Positions 39,981 to 54,734 of a stretch of DNA of 64,000 nucleotides are shown here, in pieces. A program made the position numbers and the translations under genes. The notes under the pieces were generated by a model, which did not search any database, had not been told where the DNA came from, and saw nothing but the letters and a program-made list of their open reading frames with translations. Source of the DNA: Octopus vulgaris (taxonomy: Eukaryota); NCBI GenBank assembly GCA_951406725.2, contig OX597819.1, forward strand, positions 100,006,001-100,070,000. The letters run 5' to 3'. The first letter of the stretch is position 1, and every line of letters begins with the position of its first letter.

Positions 39981-40828
39981 ATATAAGGGTACAGGGCGTC
40001 ACCAACTGTGTAAATAGCATGAAATACGTAGACAAATGTGTGAAATATGTAAACAACGAGACAGAAAATAGAAAACAGGAAAATTAAACACACTAGTGTT
40101 TACTGTGCATTTATACACCATATTTCTTGTCATGCATTGATTTCCAAGGGACATTTGGATAATAGGTTGTTTTTTTTGTTTGTGAGCAACGAGCACTAGA
40201 TGAACTGGTTCCATTTAATATATCCATGATCATGGTTATCTATTATTTTTTCCATTTCTGGGTGTGCTAGTGTTATTGTTTCAATTGCTGTCGGTGTGAT
40301 GCATTGGTTGGTCATTGTAGATATTGCAGTTGTTTTTTGTCTGTTGGTTGGTATTAAAGTTTGAGTCATTATTACATTGATGCATTAACTGGTTGATACT
40401 TGCATTGACTCTAGGTTGGTTATATGAATTACGGTAAATTTTTGAGGGCTTACTTTGAGTGCAGTCTGTTCACTGTCTTAGTTTACGATTATTAATCATA
40501 CGAGTGTGGTATTCTATATTTGATGAAATAGCATAGGACAGTTTTATAGTGTGACGGTTGAATATTTTGCTGTACGCTTTTTAGGGAAGCAACGATCGAG
40601 TGAAGAATTGTTTTGCGATCTTGGATGAGATGTTCGAGCCCCAGATTGCGTTATACCAGAAGACATCATGGTTTTTGCATGCATTTTCTATTAGGTTAGT
40701 TGTTTGTTCGCATATTTGAAATGGTAGTGAGATTTTGTGGTGTTGAGTATTTAATGTGTTGTTTGTCGCTGGTTTTCTCCTATAGTTAGTTCTTGTGCAT
40801 CTAGGTAAAGATTGTGCCAAGTATTGTT
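39978..40828 (-). mobile_element. Penelope-like element fragment: linker, start of GIY-YIG region and P2 terminus
   Basis: Minus-strand VFWYNAIWGSNISSKIAKQF, KIFNRHTIKLSY and LGNQCMTRNMVYKCTV, joined via a deletion to terminal GTGACGCCCTGTACCCTTATATGG and (TA)n. Confidence 0.78.
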
Positions 40829-41043
40829 GGGTCTTTGGGAACAGAATCAGAAGTAAACTGGAATAGAGTGCCCAGTAGAACTGTTACGAAAGGTTTGCCT
40901 TCTTGGCACGGCCAGAATAATCATGATAAAATTAGATAGCTGAAAGGAACAAATAGCATGGTACAGTAGGCTGCAGGTAGTAAGGTCGCGACGCATGCAA
41001 GACTCCAGGAGCTTCAACAGAACCAGTGATAGATAAAGAGAAA

Positions 41044-41080
<37 letters not shown>
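40829..41080 (+). mobile_element. R4/Dong LINE 3' end
   Basis: VELLRKVCLLGTARII, a 3' UTR matching 47680-47780 (GCTGCAGG.AGTAAG...CAAGACTCCAGG), and an (AAT)n tail. Confidence 0.85.
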
Positions 41081-41136
<56 letters not shown>

Positions 41137-41373
41137 GTTTATCTTCCTCCTCCTCATCATCATCCTCATCGTCGCCGTCGTCGTCGTCATCAGCATCATC
41201 ATCATTAGTAGAAGGAGTACAAAAAGAGGGACAAGAAATAAAAACATTCCAAAAGCAAGAAACAAATTACGGCAATTGTTAAACAACAGAAAAATGTCAA
41301 GTGTTTTGTTTGTTTGGGATTTCCATTAACAATATGCATGAATAACTGATTTAAACTGTAAAATTAGAGAAAG

Positions 41374-41428
<55 letters not shown>

Positions 41429-41779
41429 ATGCAAGGTAGATAATTAAAGAAAAACGAATTAAAATGCAGATGATGAAAACCGTTTTTGCAAACACATAAA
41501 CGTGCACACACGCACACATACAGACATACACACAAAAACCCACACAAGCAAACACATACACGTACTCACAAAAACACACACAAGTAAACAAATACACACA
41601 AGCAAACGTATATACACAGTATAGTATTATAAAATGTATATATAAAATTATTACTAAAATACGAACCCATGACAGAACTGAGAAAAGTTTATGCTGGATA
41701 TCGAATTGACAATCATCATGTACGCATATAATTGTGTATACATGAATGTGGGTAGAATACCTGTTTATATATACATATG

Positions 41780-42690
41780 TATACGGGTGTCGGGTGAAAA
41801 ATCAATGATACAATCATGGAATGCGAGTACTTTTAAACATACCCACCTCCTTGCGGTCCACACACTTCTTCCATTGGTGTTGCAGTGCTTGAATACTGTT
41901 GATAAAGAAGCCTTCATCTTGTTAATCAAAAAAGTGATCAAAAGCAGGTTTGAAGACATCACTGCAATACTGGTTCCCAGCCAAGTCAGTTTTCATGTAG
42001 GGGTACACATGAGAGTCAGATGGGGCGAAGTCAGAAGGATAGGAAGAATGATCAACCAGTTCAAAGCCATAGTCTCGCACAGCAGACATTGAAACCAAAG
42101 ACCTATACTGGAACATTGTTCTCATGCAACAAACTTCTCTTTCGCCAGTTTTCCCGGGTGTTTGGTCATGATAACCTATCGTGACTGTCTCAGCAAGTTG
42201 GCACAGCACTCTCCATTTACGGCTTGACCTTTTTGAAGAGAATCAATAAACGCAATGCCTTTTCATCCCAAATGAGGCCATCGACTTTGCAGTTGAAATG
42301 AGCTTGACGTTCTTTGGAGCAGGCGAGGAAGAGAGTTTCCACCGCATGGATTATCTCTTAGTTTCTGACTCACAGTGATGATGCCAAAGTGATGAAGCCA
42401 AAACCTGGGTTGGGAAACGTTGAAGGAAACCGGCTGGACATGCCTGAAACAATATCAGATTTTCTGGTGATGTGGTCAGTTTGGTGCTCTTTTTATCAGG
42501 TGTCAGATTACGTGACATTCACCGAGTAGAGACTATCATAATGCCAAGTCCAGTGCGCAGAATATTCTCAACTCTCTTTCGGGATATGCTAATATCATTG
42601 GCCATTTGATTTATATTCAATCGCCTGTCATCCATCACTATGAGGCGAACACGATCAACTGCCATCACCGAGGAAAACATTGATTACAAA
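41780..42690 (-). mobile_element. mariner-family transposase relic
   Basis: Minus-strand DRVRLIVMDDRRLNINQMANDISIS, GFELVDHSSYPSDFAPSDSH (HPPYSPDLAPSD) and IQALQHQWKKCVD. Confidence 0.88.
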
Positions 42691-43489
42691 CACACACGCA
42701 AGCACTTTGAAAAATATAATTTCATTGAATGTGTGAAGTCTTCTTTCATATGCAGTTTATTTACTCTCTGCTTTTTATTGAATTTTTATTTTAAACCTCA
42801 GCTTTCTTGGATGAAATCGGTGAACCGCATATGATGTATGATATCACACACACACATACACACACACACACGCACGCACACACACATACACACATACAAA
42901 CACATACACACACACATACACGCACACACGCGCACACACGCATGCACGCATACGCACACACACATAATACACATACTCACAGATAAACACATGGACACAC
43001 GCACCCCCCCCCCCCACAAATATATAATTTCACATACACCTTTGGGTTGAAATCTTTTTCCATATTTTTCTACACAGTCCGCTCTTTCTAAATGGGAGAC
43101 TTCCCTACTGAACATATTACTCCCTTCTTTCGTTTCTAAACCAATTATTTGTACGGTATATGTCCATAAACATTTCGCGGCTTTTCAAATGCCCTGGGAA
43201 CATTTCTCTGATTCAGATCCTGGCTGTAATTTCTTTGCTGTCAATAAAATACTTCCTGCAGCTCACTGTATTTTAAATATTTTTGTCTTAATCTTGATTT
43301 TAAGTTTTGGCTCAAGTTCGGGAAAGATTTGGTTTTGAAAACCTAAAGTGGACAGAACTTGAAGACGGACGAAATATAGTTAAGCATTTCAACCGGCGTG
43401 CTAACGATTCTTCCATCTCGCCCCTTAAAAAGAAAAAAATATATATGTATTTCGGTATTAGACTATGTTTTGAGCACGCGTACAGACTT

Positions 43490-44095
43490 AAATTATCAAG
43501 TACTCTACCAAGCCAATATTGTGAAAAATGGAGTAGATCCAAAGTGCCGATTCTGAAATGATGAGATTGAAACAGTGGACCACCTAATCTCTGGATGTTA
43601 AGTTATAGCACCAGTGGAGTATAAATCAAGACATGACAGAGTTGAACAGTATCTACACTGATAAATATGTCGGCAATGTAAAACTAAATTTGTTGCCAAG
43701 TAGTACAAACATCACCCTGAGGCTGTAACTCGGGGAGAAATATAATGATTCTTTGGAACTTTCCAGTACATGGAAACAGAACGATCAAAGCTAGAAAATC
43801 GGATATCTTTGTGAAAGACCAAAACAGTAAAGTCTTTTTGTTGATAGACAAAAGTATTCTTCGTGATCCTATTATCTCGAGAAAGAATTTGGCAAGCTCA
43901 GAAAATATAGAGATTTGTGATCGAAATCGAAAAACTTGTGGCTTCTCAAGGCGGTTGTAATATCAGTGATTGTGAGACCTCTTGGAATGATCGGAAAGGG
44001 AACCGGAAATTATTTGAGAATGATCCCTGGCTTACCATCCATGCAAGAAGCGCAAAAGAATGTTTCGACGTTACGAGGACGATTACAACTCATGT
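43490..44095 (+). mobile_element. R4/Dong-type CCHC plus restriction-like endonuclease fragment
   Basis: DPKCRF*NDEIETVDHLISGC...YKSRHDRV, ILWNFPVHGNRTIKARKSDIFVKD and KLRKYRDL. Confidence 0.85.
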
Positions 44096-44249
44096 AAATT
44101 TCTACGTTTTGTTTTCTTTATTTTTTACGTTCACATAACTTGACTTTGTAAATGAACAATTCCTTTGCACTATCTGTCGAGAAGGCTTTCGGCAAGAAAT
44201 GGAAACAAATTTTAAAAACAGTCTCATAATAGTAATAATAATAATGGTC

Positions 44250-44430
44250 TCAAATTTTGGTACAAGGCCAGCAATTCCGGGTAAGTTGGGTAAGCCGATC
44301 CCAGTACAAAACTGATACTTGTTTATCGATCCCGAAAGGATGAAAGGCATTTGAACTGGGAACGTCAAGACAGACGAATTACCGCTAAGCACTCTCCCGA
44401 CTGTTACCGATTCTCTGCTCTCGCTGCCTT
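44250..44430 (-). mobile_element. Degenerate SINE family B (B2 tail)
   Basis: CCCGAAAGGATGAAAGGCA...ACAGACGAATTACCGCTAAGCA...CTCGCTGCC. Confidence 0.75.
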
Positions 44431-44524
44431 ATAATAATTATAATAATAATAATATCAACAACAACGACGGCGAGGACGACGACGACAACAACAACAATAA
44501 TAATAATTTACAATAATTTCAAGT

Positions 44525-44725
44525 TTTTGCCACAAGGGTAGCTTGGGGAACGGGATTAAGTCGATTACATCGACCCCAGTGCGTAACTGGTACTTATTTA
44601 ATCGACCCCGAAAGGGTGAAAGGCAAAGTCGTTCTCACCGGAATGTGAACTCAGAACGTAGCGGCGGACGAAATACCGCTACGCAATTCGCCTTGCGTGC
44701 TAACAATTCTGTCAATTCACCGCCT
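44525..44725 (-). mobile_element. SINE family B
   Basis: AAGTCGATTACATCGACCCCAGTGCGTAACTGGTACTT...GAACTCAGAACG...GCGTGCTAAC. Confidence 0.88.
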
Positions 44726-44779
44726 CAAAGGTCTTATAGTAATAGTATAAGTATTGTTATAATTGTGAAACTATAGTAG

Positions 44780-47954
<3,175 letters not shown>

Positions 47955-48017
47955 ATATCTATTTATTCATTTATTTATTTTGCCAGAAAAGCAAATAAAT
48001 AATATGAGAATAAGTAT

Positions 48018-48300
48018 ACTCTCTTTTCTTGCTTCAGCCATCTGACTGCGGCCATGCCGGAGCATCGCCTTTAGTCGGGCAAATCGACCCCAGGACTTTT
48101 TCTTTGTAAGCCTAGTACTTATTCTATCGGTAACTTTTGCCGAACCGCAAAGTTACGGGGATATAAACACACCACAATCGGTTGCCAAGCGATGTTGGGG
48201 GGACAAACTAAGATACACACAAACATATACACATACATACATACATACATACATACATACATACATACATACATACATACATACATACATACATACAAAC

Positions 48301-48335
<35 letters not shown>

Positions 48336-48470
48336 CGACGTGTTTCTTTGGGTTTCCCTCTACCAAGTCTAGTCCACTCACAAGGCTTTGGTCGGCCTGA
48401 GGCTATAGTAGAAGACACTTGTCCAAGGTGCCACACAGTGAGACTGAACCGGAGCCATGTGGCTGGTAAA
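48018..48470 (-). mobile_element. SINE family A with internal (TACA)n/(TA)n
   Basis: Reverse complement of the family A tail and head. Confidence 0.9.
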
Positions 48471-48476
48471 CAAACT

Positions 48477-48663
48477 CAAGGCCCGAAATTTTGGGGGAGC
48501 GGGCCATTCGATTAGATTATGCAACTGGTACTTGATTTATTGACCTCGAAATGAGGAAAGCAAAGTCAACCTCGGCAGAATTTGAACTCAGAACGTAAAG
48601 ACAGAGGAAATACCGCTAAGCATTTCGCCCGGCGTGCTAACGTTTCTGCCAGCTTGCCGCCTT
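48477..48663 (-). mobile_element. SINE family B (B2 tail)
   Basis: AGGCCCGAAATTTTGGGG...GAATTTGAACTCAGAACG...CGGCGTGCTAACGTTTCTGCCAGCTTGCCGCC. Confidence 0.88.
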
Positions 48664-48818
48664 ATATGTATATCAATAATGACAAAATTATATTTGAGGT
48701 TGCTGTGTAGGTTTCGTCATATACCTCTGGAGACATGAAACATTCCATGCAGACCATAGAATTTCAAATTGCATTAACATTACCACCTACAACAATAACT
48801 AGAACAACAACAGTAGTA

Positions 48819-48849
<31 letters not shown>

Positions 48850-49260
48850 CAACGACAACAACAACAACAACAACAACTACAACAACAAAACTAGCATTAA
48901 CCAGTAAAACAATAACACAAAAAGTCATCTCTTTCGATGGAATTGTTACTAAGGAGGTTTAAACTACAAAATTAAGCAAATGTGCAACAAAACGAACATT
49001 ATCAGCAACAACAACTAACTCAACAACAATTACAATTTTAAAAGCATAAGAATAGAGTAAAACATAAAAATTTCGAAGCAAAACAATAGCAATAAGAACC
49101 AGAGAAAATATCCAAGAATAAAAGAATATCAAGAATAAAAGAATATGGTCGTCACTTTGGAAACAAGACACTTCTGAGATAATATAGTTAGCAGCTCAGT
49201 GTAAATGTGAACAGATCACAGATGTCTTCTTGACATACAACAGATGGTTACATGGAATTG

Positions 49261-49295
49261 TGGGAATTGTGGTTAACAAAAATGCCACCTAGCGG
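49261..49295. promoter_or_regulatory. Candidate CTCF site adjacent to a ZNF143/THAP11-like motif
   Basis: TGCCACCTAGCGG at 49283-49295 (rc CCGCTAGGTGGCA) and TGGGAATTGTGGT at 49261-49273 (rc ACCACAATTCCCA, versus ACTACAATTCCCA). Motif match only. Confidence 0.35.
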
Positions 49296-50234
49296 AAATT
49301 GGTCGGCAATAAATTCTTTAGATATTTTTCTTTTGTATATCATAATGTTTATGATAAGCTTTTAAGAAAATGCCTTTAGAGAAATATTCAAAATACTTCT
49401 CGCCTCAAACGTTTGCTTACAAATGCTTAACCTTGTCTGATACGCAACACGCATGCGTACATACACACAGATGTATTTATGTGAACACAAGTTTAAATAA
49501 CTGTATAGTTCATGAAAGTCTGTGCATAAAATCGAGAATTCTGCGGGACAATCCCATTACCAGCTGCTAAATATTACAGTATTTTAGATTCTCTCTCAGT
49601 AGCACATCCTCAATTTGTAGCTTGAAAAACTACGCAACATATTGCCTCTGTCTCTGCTACTCTAAGCAAGTTGTTTCTACATATCCAAAATTCTCTTTAC
49701 ACTGGATATCATTGGATCAAATGAAAACATCATATCCAGAAGTATTATACTGAATAATTTTGTTATATACTCCAAGTCTCAACATGTTTTAAATTCACTA
49801 AAGGTCAATATATTTTAATCTTACAGAGCTTTCAATTGTTATTTATTTCTAAATTGCTTACAATAAATTATTCAGGTATGATTGTTCGCAACGCATTCGT
49901 AGATGAACTTATAACGAAGACCGAAAAGTGTTGAATGGATATGTATGATTTTATACCCAAAAACATCAGTGAGATACATTTTGCTCTCACATATATCTCA
50001 CTGATGAGAACAACAGCCTCAATATATCTTATTTTCTAAATACCAAACACAAATATACCATTGTACTTATGGCAAAACTTCAGTTTTGACTTGGACTACT
50101 GACTGCTTCCAGAAAAAGATTGTAATAAACGAATCAACGTTTTCCACATACTTGCATGTGTTGTCTGTTTTTAATATTTTAAGCATTACCCAAGTTTCAA
50201 TTTTGTGAGATATATGCATTTGTTAAAAAATATA

Positions 50235-50618
50235 CGTTTGGTTGTGCAAAGAGTATTTCAGCTGTTTTGGGGACAAGACGATTTGGCATCCATCAGACGT
50301 CTAGACGCCAGTCCCATGGGCTTTGCTATCTGGTTCATCTTAGAGAGTTATGTGTCTGCTCTCTCCTATTCAAATGTGTAAGATCTTCTGTCTTCATGGG
50401 TCAAGATGGATGAAGAGTTGATACGGCGCACATGCAGCTCAGTGACAATTTGTTTGGAGGCTATTATCAAGACGAAAGGTAATCATTTTAGAATGTAATT
50501 AGTGCGATGGATTGACAATTTATATTTGAACGTGTGTCCAAATTTCATTATCCTCACTTAATTTCATTCTGAACAATTAAGAAATATGAATGGGTAAATC
50601 TTTTGGGGACACCTTGTA
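50235..50618 (+). mobile_element. Tc1/mariner superfamily (maT/DD37D-like) 3' fragment
   Basis: CKEYFSCFGDKTIW, DASPMGFAIWFILE and SWVKMDEELIRRTC...LEAIIKTKGNHF. Ends with TIR-like TTTTTGGGGACACCTTG+TA. Confidence 0.75.
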
Positions 50619-51978
50619 TTCATTTTACTTTCTTGGAAGTTTTATGTGGTTACTGATATTGTTTATATTATAGTGAGCATGCTTGTTTGTTTTTTGTAAT
50701 AATGTTTATCTAGACTGTGACTATTTTGCGGGATAGTTTTGCAGTTGCTTCCGCGAAGTGTTTTAATTATATCTGGGAATTTAGGAACGCTTTATATATA
50801 TAGACAAACTCACACAGATTGTTGACGTGGAATTTCGGTGCACTAGCACTTTAAATAGTTTTGCTTTCTCGAATATGTAGCCTGTGAGTTGCATTGTTTT
50901 GTTATTAGTTCTGGCTCGTGGTAGACACAATAAGATCTCGAGTAATATTAATATATGTCTTGAACATGTGTAATGTTTGTAGAAATATGTTGTGTCACAG
51001 GTCAAATGGAGTTCTTCCACATACTCTAAATATCTAGCATATTTGGTTTCTTTCCTTTCTGCCTTTAATATGCAATCTTCGTCTGCTGAGAATGTTGTTG
51101 AGATATTGTATGTAATTCTATCTATGACTTTCATAATCGCTCGTCTTATTAGAGTTAGCAATCAAATCCCCCTTCAAGCAAACCATTTCATCTTAAAATA
51201 AGTTGTAGATAGATTATGCCGGCAAATAGACGGAATAGGCACGCTTGAAGTGATAGTAGGATGTGGCTGGTGATGGTTTAATGCTTATTGGTTAGATAAT
51301 GTTGGGATGATATTAGTTTCATACTAATAACACCACTGATACTAAGATCAATTCTGTAAAAGTATAATTCAGGCACCCAAGAATAACAAGAAGGATCTCT
51401 TGCATATAAAAAGTTAGAAATTTGGGGAAAGACGATAGTGAATTATATCTTTGCCTGCACTTGAATCGTACTTTATTTTAATTAACCCACTACAAAGAAA
51501 GGCAAAAACTGACTTCTATGAAACTTTAACTCAGAACATAAGGAGCAGAATTTAAGATAGAATATTGTTCATCTTCAATTACGTGATCAATCAAGACAAG
51601 ACATACAAAAATAAGTAAGCAATAATGTACACACAAAAAATGAGCTAGGTAACGTCCGTTATAAAATGTGTTGTGCAAAATGCACCTATATATGTTAGCG
51701 TTTTGCAATGTTAAATAGATAACGAGTTTAGATAATACTCATGTTAAAGGAATTTATTATGCTGAGATAAACGTGTGCAAGAGATCTATGAACATGAGAA
51801 AAGATAGAAATTAGATGAAGTACATAAATTTAAACTGGTATAAATTAAATCTATGGCGACAATACCAAAGCTAACGTAAAGAAGCTTACTATGGTAGCCG
51901 ATAATCGCAGATAGATGGAAGTATGCAGCGGTTTTTCTGTATAAATAATCAAACGGTAGAATAGAGGCTATAATTTTG

Positions 51979-52063
51979 TGATTGGCTATACTATTTGATT
52001 GGCTATAGTTTTCGATTGTTTGAACTATCTGGTTGGTTAAATTTCTTGATTGGCTAAAATAAG
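51979..52063. repeat. Five 17-bp units each starting with an inverted CCAAT-like box
   Basis: TGATTGGCTATACTATT / TGATTGGCTATAGTTTT / CGATTGTTTGAACTATC / TGGTTGGTTAAATTTCT / TGATTGGCTAAAATAAG. Confidence 0.75.
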
Positions 52064-52869
52064 CACACATGGCTTTTGAGGCTTCTGTGATCCTGTTAAT
52101 TTTATATTAATAGTGTATAATTTAACGTCGCTTTAATGATTACTCAATTAAATTTCATTACATCTGCTTTGAAGATTCACCATTTGTAAACATTTATCTT
52201 TGATTAGAAATTTTGCATTTGGAAATAGTTTACCAACGGTTATTCATAATCGTCTTTTATGAACTCGCTCTAATTTTCTCTTTCTGTTGCTTGCAATGGA
52301 GCATGCTCCGCTAAACAACCTCCTTGGTTTAAGTGGTGGTATTGTTAAAATGTGGAACGCTCAGGCTTGACATGCAGTTTGTATGCTATAGAGTATTATA
52401 AAACATAACTATAACTTTGTGAACCAACAGTTTGTTACGATCAAAGTAAAACAATGTGTACATGTGTGTAGACATAAAAAGTGAGGACGACAGCAGATAC
52501 GATTCCAATCTTTTTGGAATATTTGCCAGTAGCTGTGTACTACTTGTAACTGTCTAGAAACATACAATTTAAAAACCAAATAATATTAAAGATTAAAATA
52601 AGTTATATAGACAATTTTTCTACTTAACACATTCATGGTAGCTAGATTGCACATTAAATTTCTGGCGTGTGAAGATTATCTCGTTTCTTTGCTACGCTGC
52701 ATACATTGTTGGCTAAAAGGCCTACAAATATGTTATGTAGTACATCATAACAACGTAACTAAACTTGTCAATATGCCGGTTATTTAATAACCAATTAATA
52801 TCAACCATCCACTGCAAGCAAACTTAGAGAGTCACGACAGATAAACTTCTGGATAGTTAGCAATCGAAC

Positions 52870-53050
52870 ATGTGAACATAAGCCTCATGACTTTTCACCT
52901 AGCTCTGTTCACCTTGTTAGCTTCATGCAACCCATTCTTCTGTGCTCACTGTTCCCTAGACTTTCTTCAAGTATCCGACGAAGGAACATGTCCGAAACAT
53001 TTAATATCCTCTACCATTTTCCAGTTTGAGAGCTTTAAACTGCATTCATA
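52870..53050 (+). mobile_element. Probable Penelope-like terminus with degenerate minimal hammerhead motif
   Basis: GTAT-CCGACGA-A-GGA ACATG TCC-GAAA-CATT-TA-ATAT at 52971-53006, preceded by a pyrimidine-rich tract and followed by a TA-rich microsatellite. Confidence 0.45.
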
Positions 53051-53118
53051 TATACACACATATATATATATATGTATGTGTATATGTATAAACATATTTA
53101 TATACATGCATACATACA

Positions 53119-53172
<54 letters not shown>

Positions 53173-53229
53173 CATGTATATAAATGTACCTGTATATGAG
53201 TGTGTAAACATACACATACATACATACGC

Positions 53230-53274
<45 letters not shown>

Positions 53275-53774
53275 GTTTTTCATGCATGAGTGTGTATGTG
53301 TGTGTTTGTGTGTGTGTTTCTAATGCAGTTTGTTATTAACTTGATTCAAAGTTTAAAAAAAAAAGGAACTAGTAATTCAATCTTTGCTTTATCAGAATGT
53401 TTGCAACACGACCAAAAAATATTTTAATTCCTTCTACAGCTTATCTCTATGAAATTGTATTTATTTATTCCTCTCCATTATTTATTCTTACTTCTAACTT
53501 TGGAGTTCACCAATTTATATTAGTGTTATGAACACTGATCTGGGATCCTCTCCAGCTGCTCCTATATTATATATGATACCCCAATGTGTTTGAGTTTTTT
53601 CTTTTGTTAATACGCATCGTTTCTTACGTATGTATGTATGTATGTATGTATGTATGTATGTATGTATGTATGTATGTATGTATGTATGTATGTATGTATG
53701 TATGTATGTATGTTTGTATGTATGTATGTATGTACGAAAGTATGTATGTATGTGCGTATGCATGTAAGGATGTC

Positions 53775-53777
<3 letters not shown>

Positions 53778-53814
<37 letters not shown>

Positions 53815-53929
53815 GAGAGAGGATATATATATATATATATAAATGTATTTATGTATATATATATATATATCTGTTTGTGTTGGAGGCTACTCTGTATGTT
53901 TTTGTATATACATATATGTAAGCATGTTT

Positions 53930-53967
<38 letters not shown>

Positions 53968-54000
53968 GAGATAGAGAGAGAGAGGATATATTAATGTATT

Positions 54001-54062
<62 letters not shown>

Positions 54063-54104
54063 TGTGTTGGAGGCTACTCTGTATGTTTTTTGTATATACA
54101 TATA
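53778..54104. repeat. Two-copy tandem duplication (~160 bp unit) containing microsatellites
   Basis: CAGAGAG..GAGGATATA..AATGTATTTATGTATA..TGTTTGTGTTGGAGGCTACTCTGTATGTTTTT(T)GTATATACATATAT occurs twice. Confidence 0.9.
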
Positions 54105-54587
54105 TCTTCCACGTATTTATATAAAGACAAGAGATAAGAGCAGTACAAATATATCAGCTGCAACAGCAGCAACAACAACACTGACAAAGATAAATTTAAC
54201 AATAATCAGAAGGCAGACAATAACAACAAAACTATGATTGTTCTATATTATTTATTTCAACCATTCCTATAACTTAATTTTGTTTATGAATGAGACAACG
54301 GATAAGGAACATTCTCACGCTGCTCTCTGTTCAGAGCTTGCGTATATTGGCAGACTAAACATACACACAGTATAATAGGGTGAAACTCCCGCTACTCTAG
54401 GATATATAAGGGGTATCATTATGCTGTACATATCTTTGGTTAATTCACTGTGATATGAAATATTTCATATGTTATATATATGTGTGCATGCATATATATA
54501 TAAAGAGAAAGAATTATGATGATGAGCAAATTAAATATATCAGCTTGGGTTACATATGCTAATGTGTGAGTGTGTGTGTTTGTATGT

Positions 54588-54646
<59 letters not shown>

Positions 54647-54734
54647 CGTGTGTGTGTATGTGTGTGTACGTGTAAACAGAAAGAAAGCAAAGAATGAAGA
54701 CATTCAGGCGATGAGTATTTAGGCATAAATATAT

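Noticed and set aside
50781-51161. 126-aa minus-strand ORF as a protein-coding gene
   Set aside because: Non-ATG start as called and no recognisable motif. Kept only as part of a low-confidence non-coding exon hypothesis.
51979-52063. CRISPR-like repeat-spacer array
   Set aside because: The 17-bp period is far too short, the context is eukaryotic and there are no cas genes.
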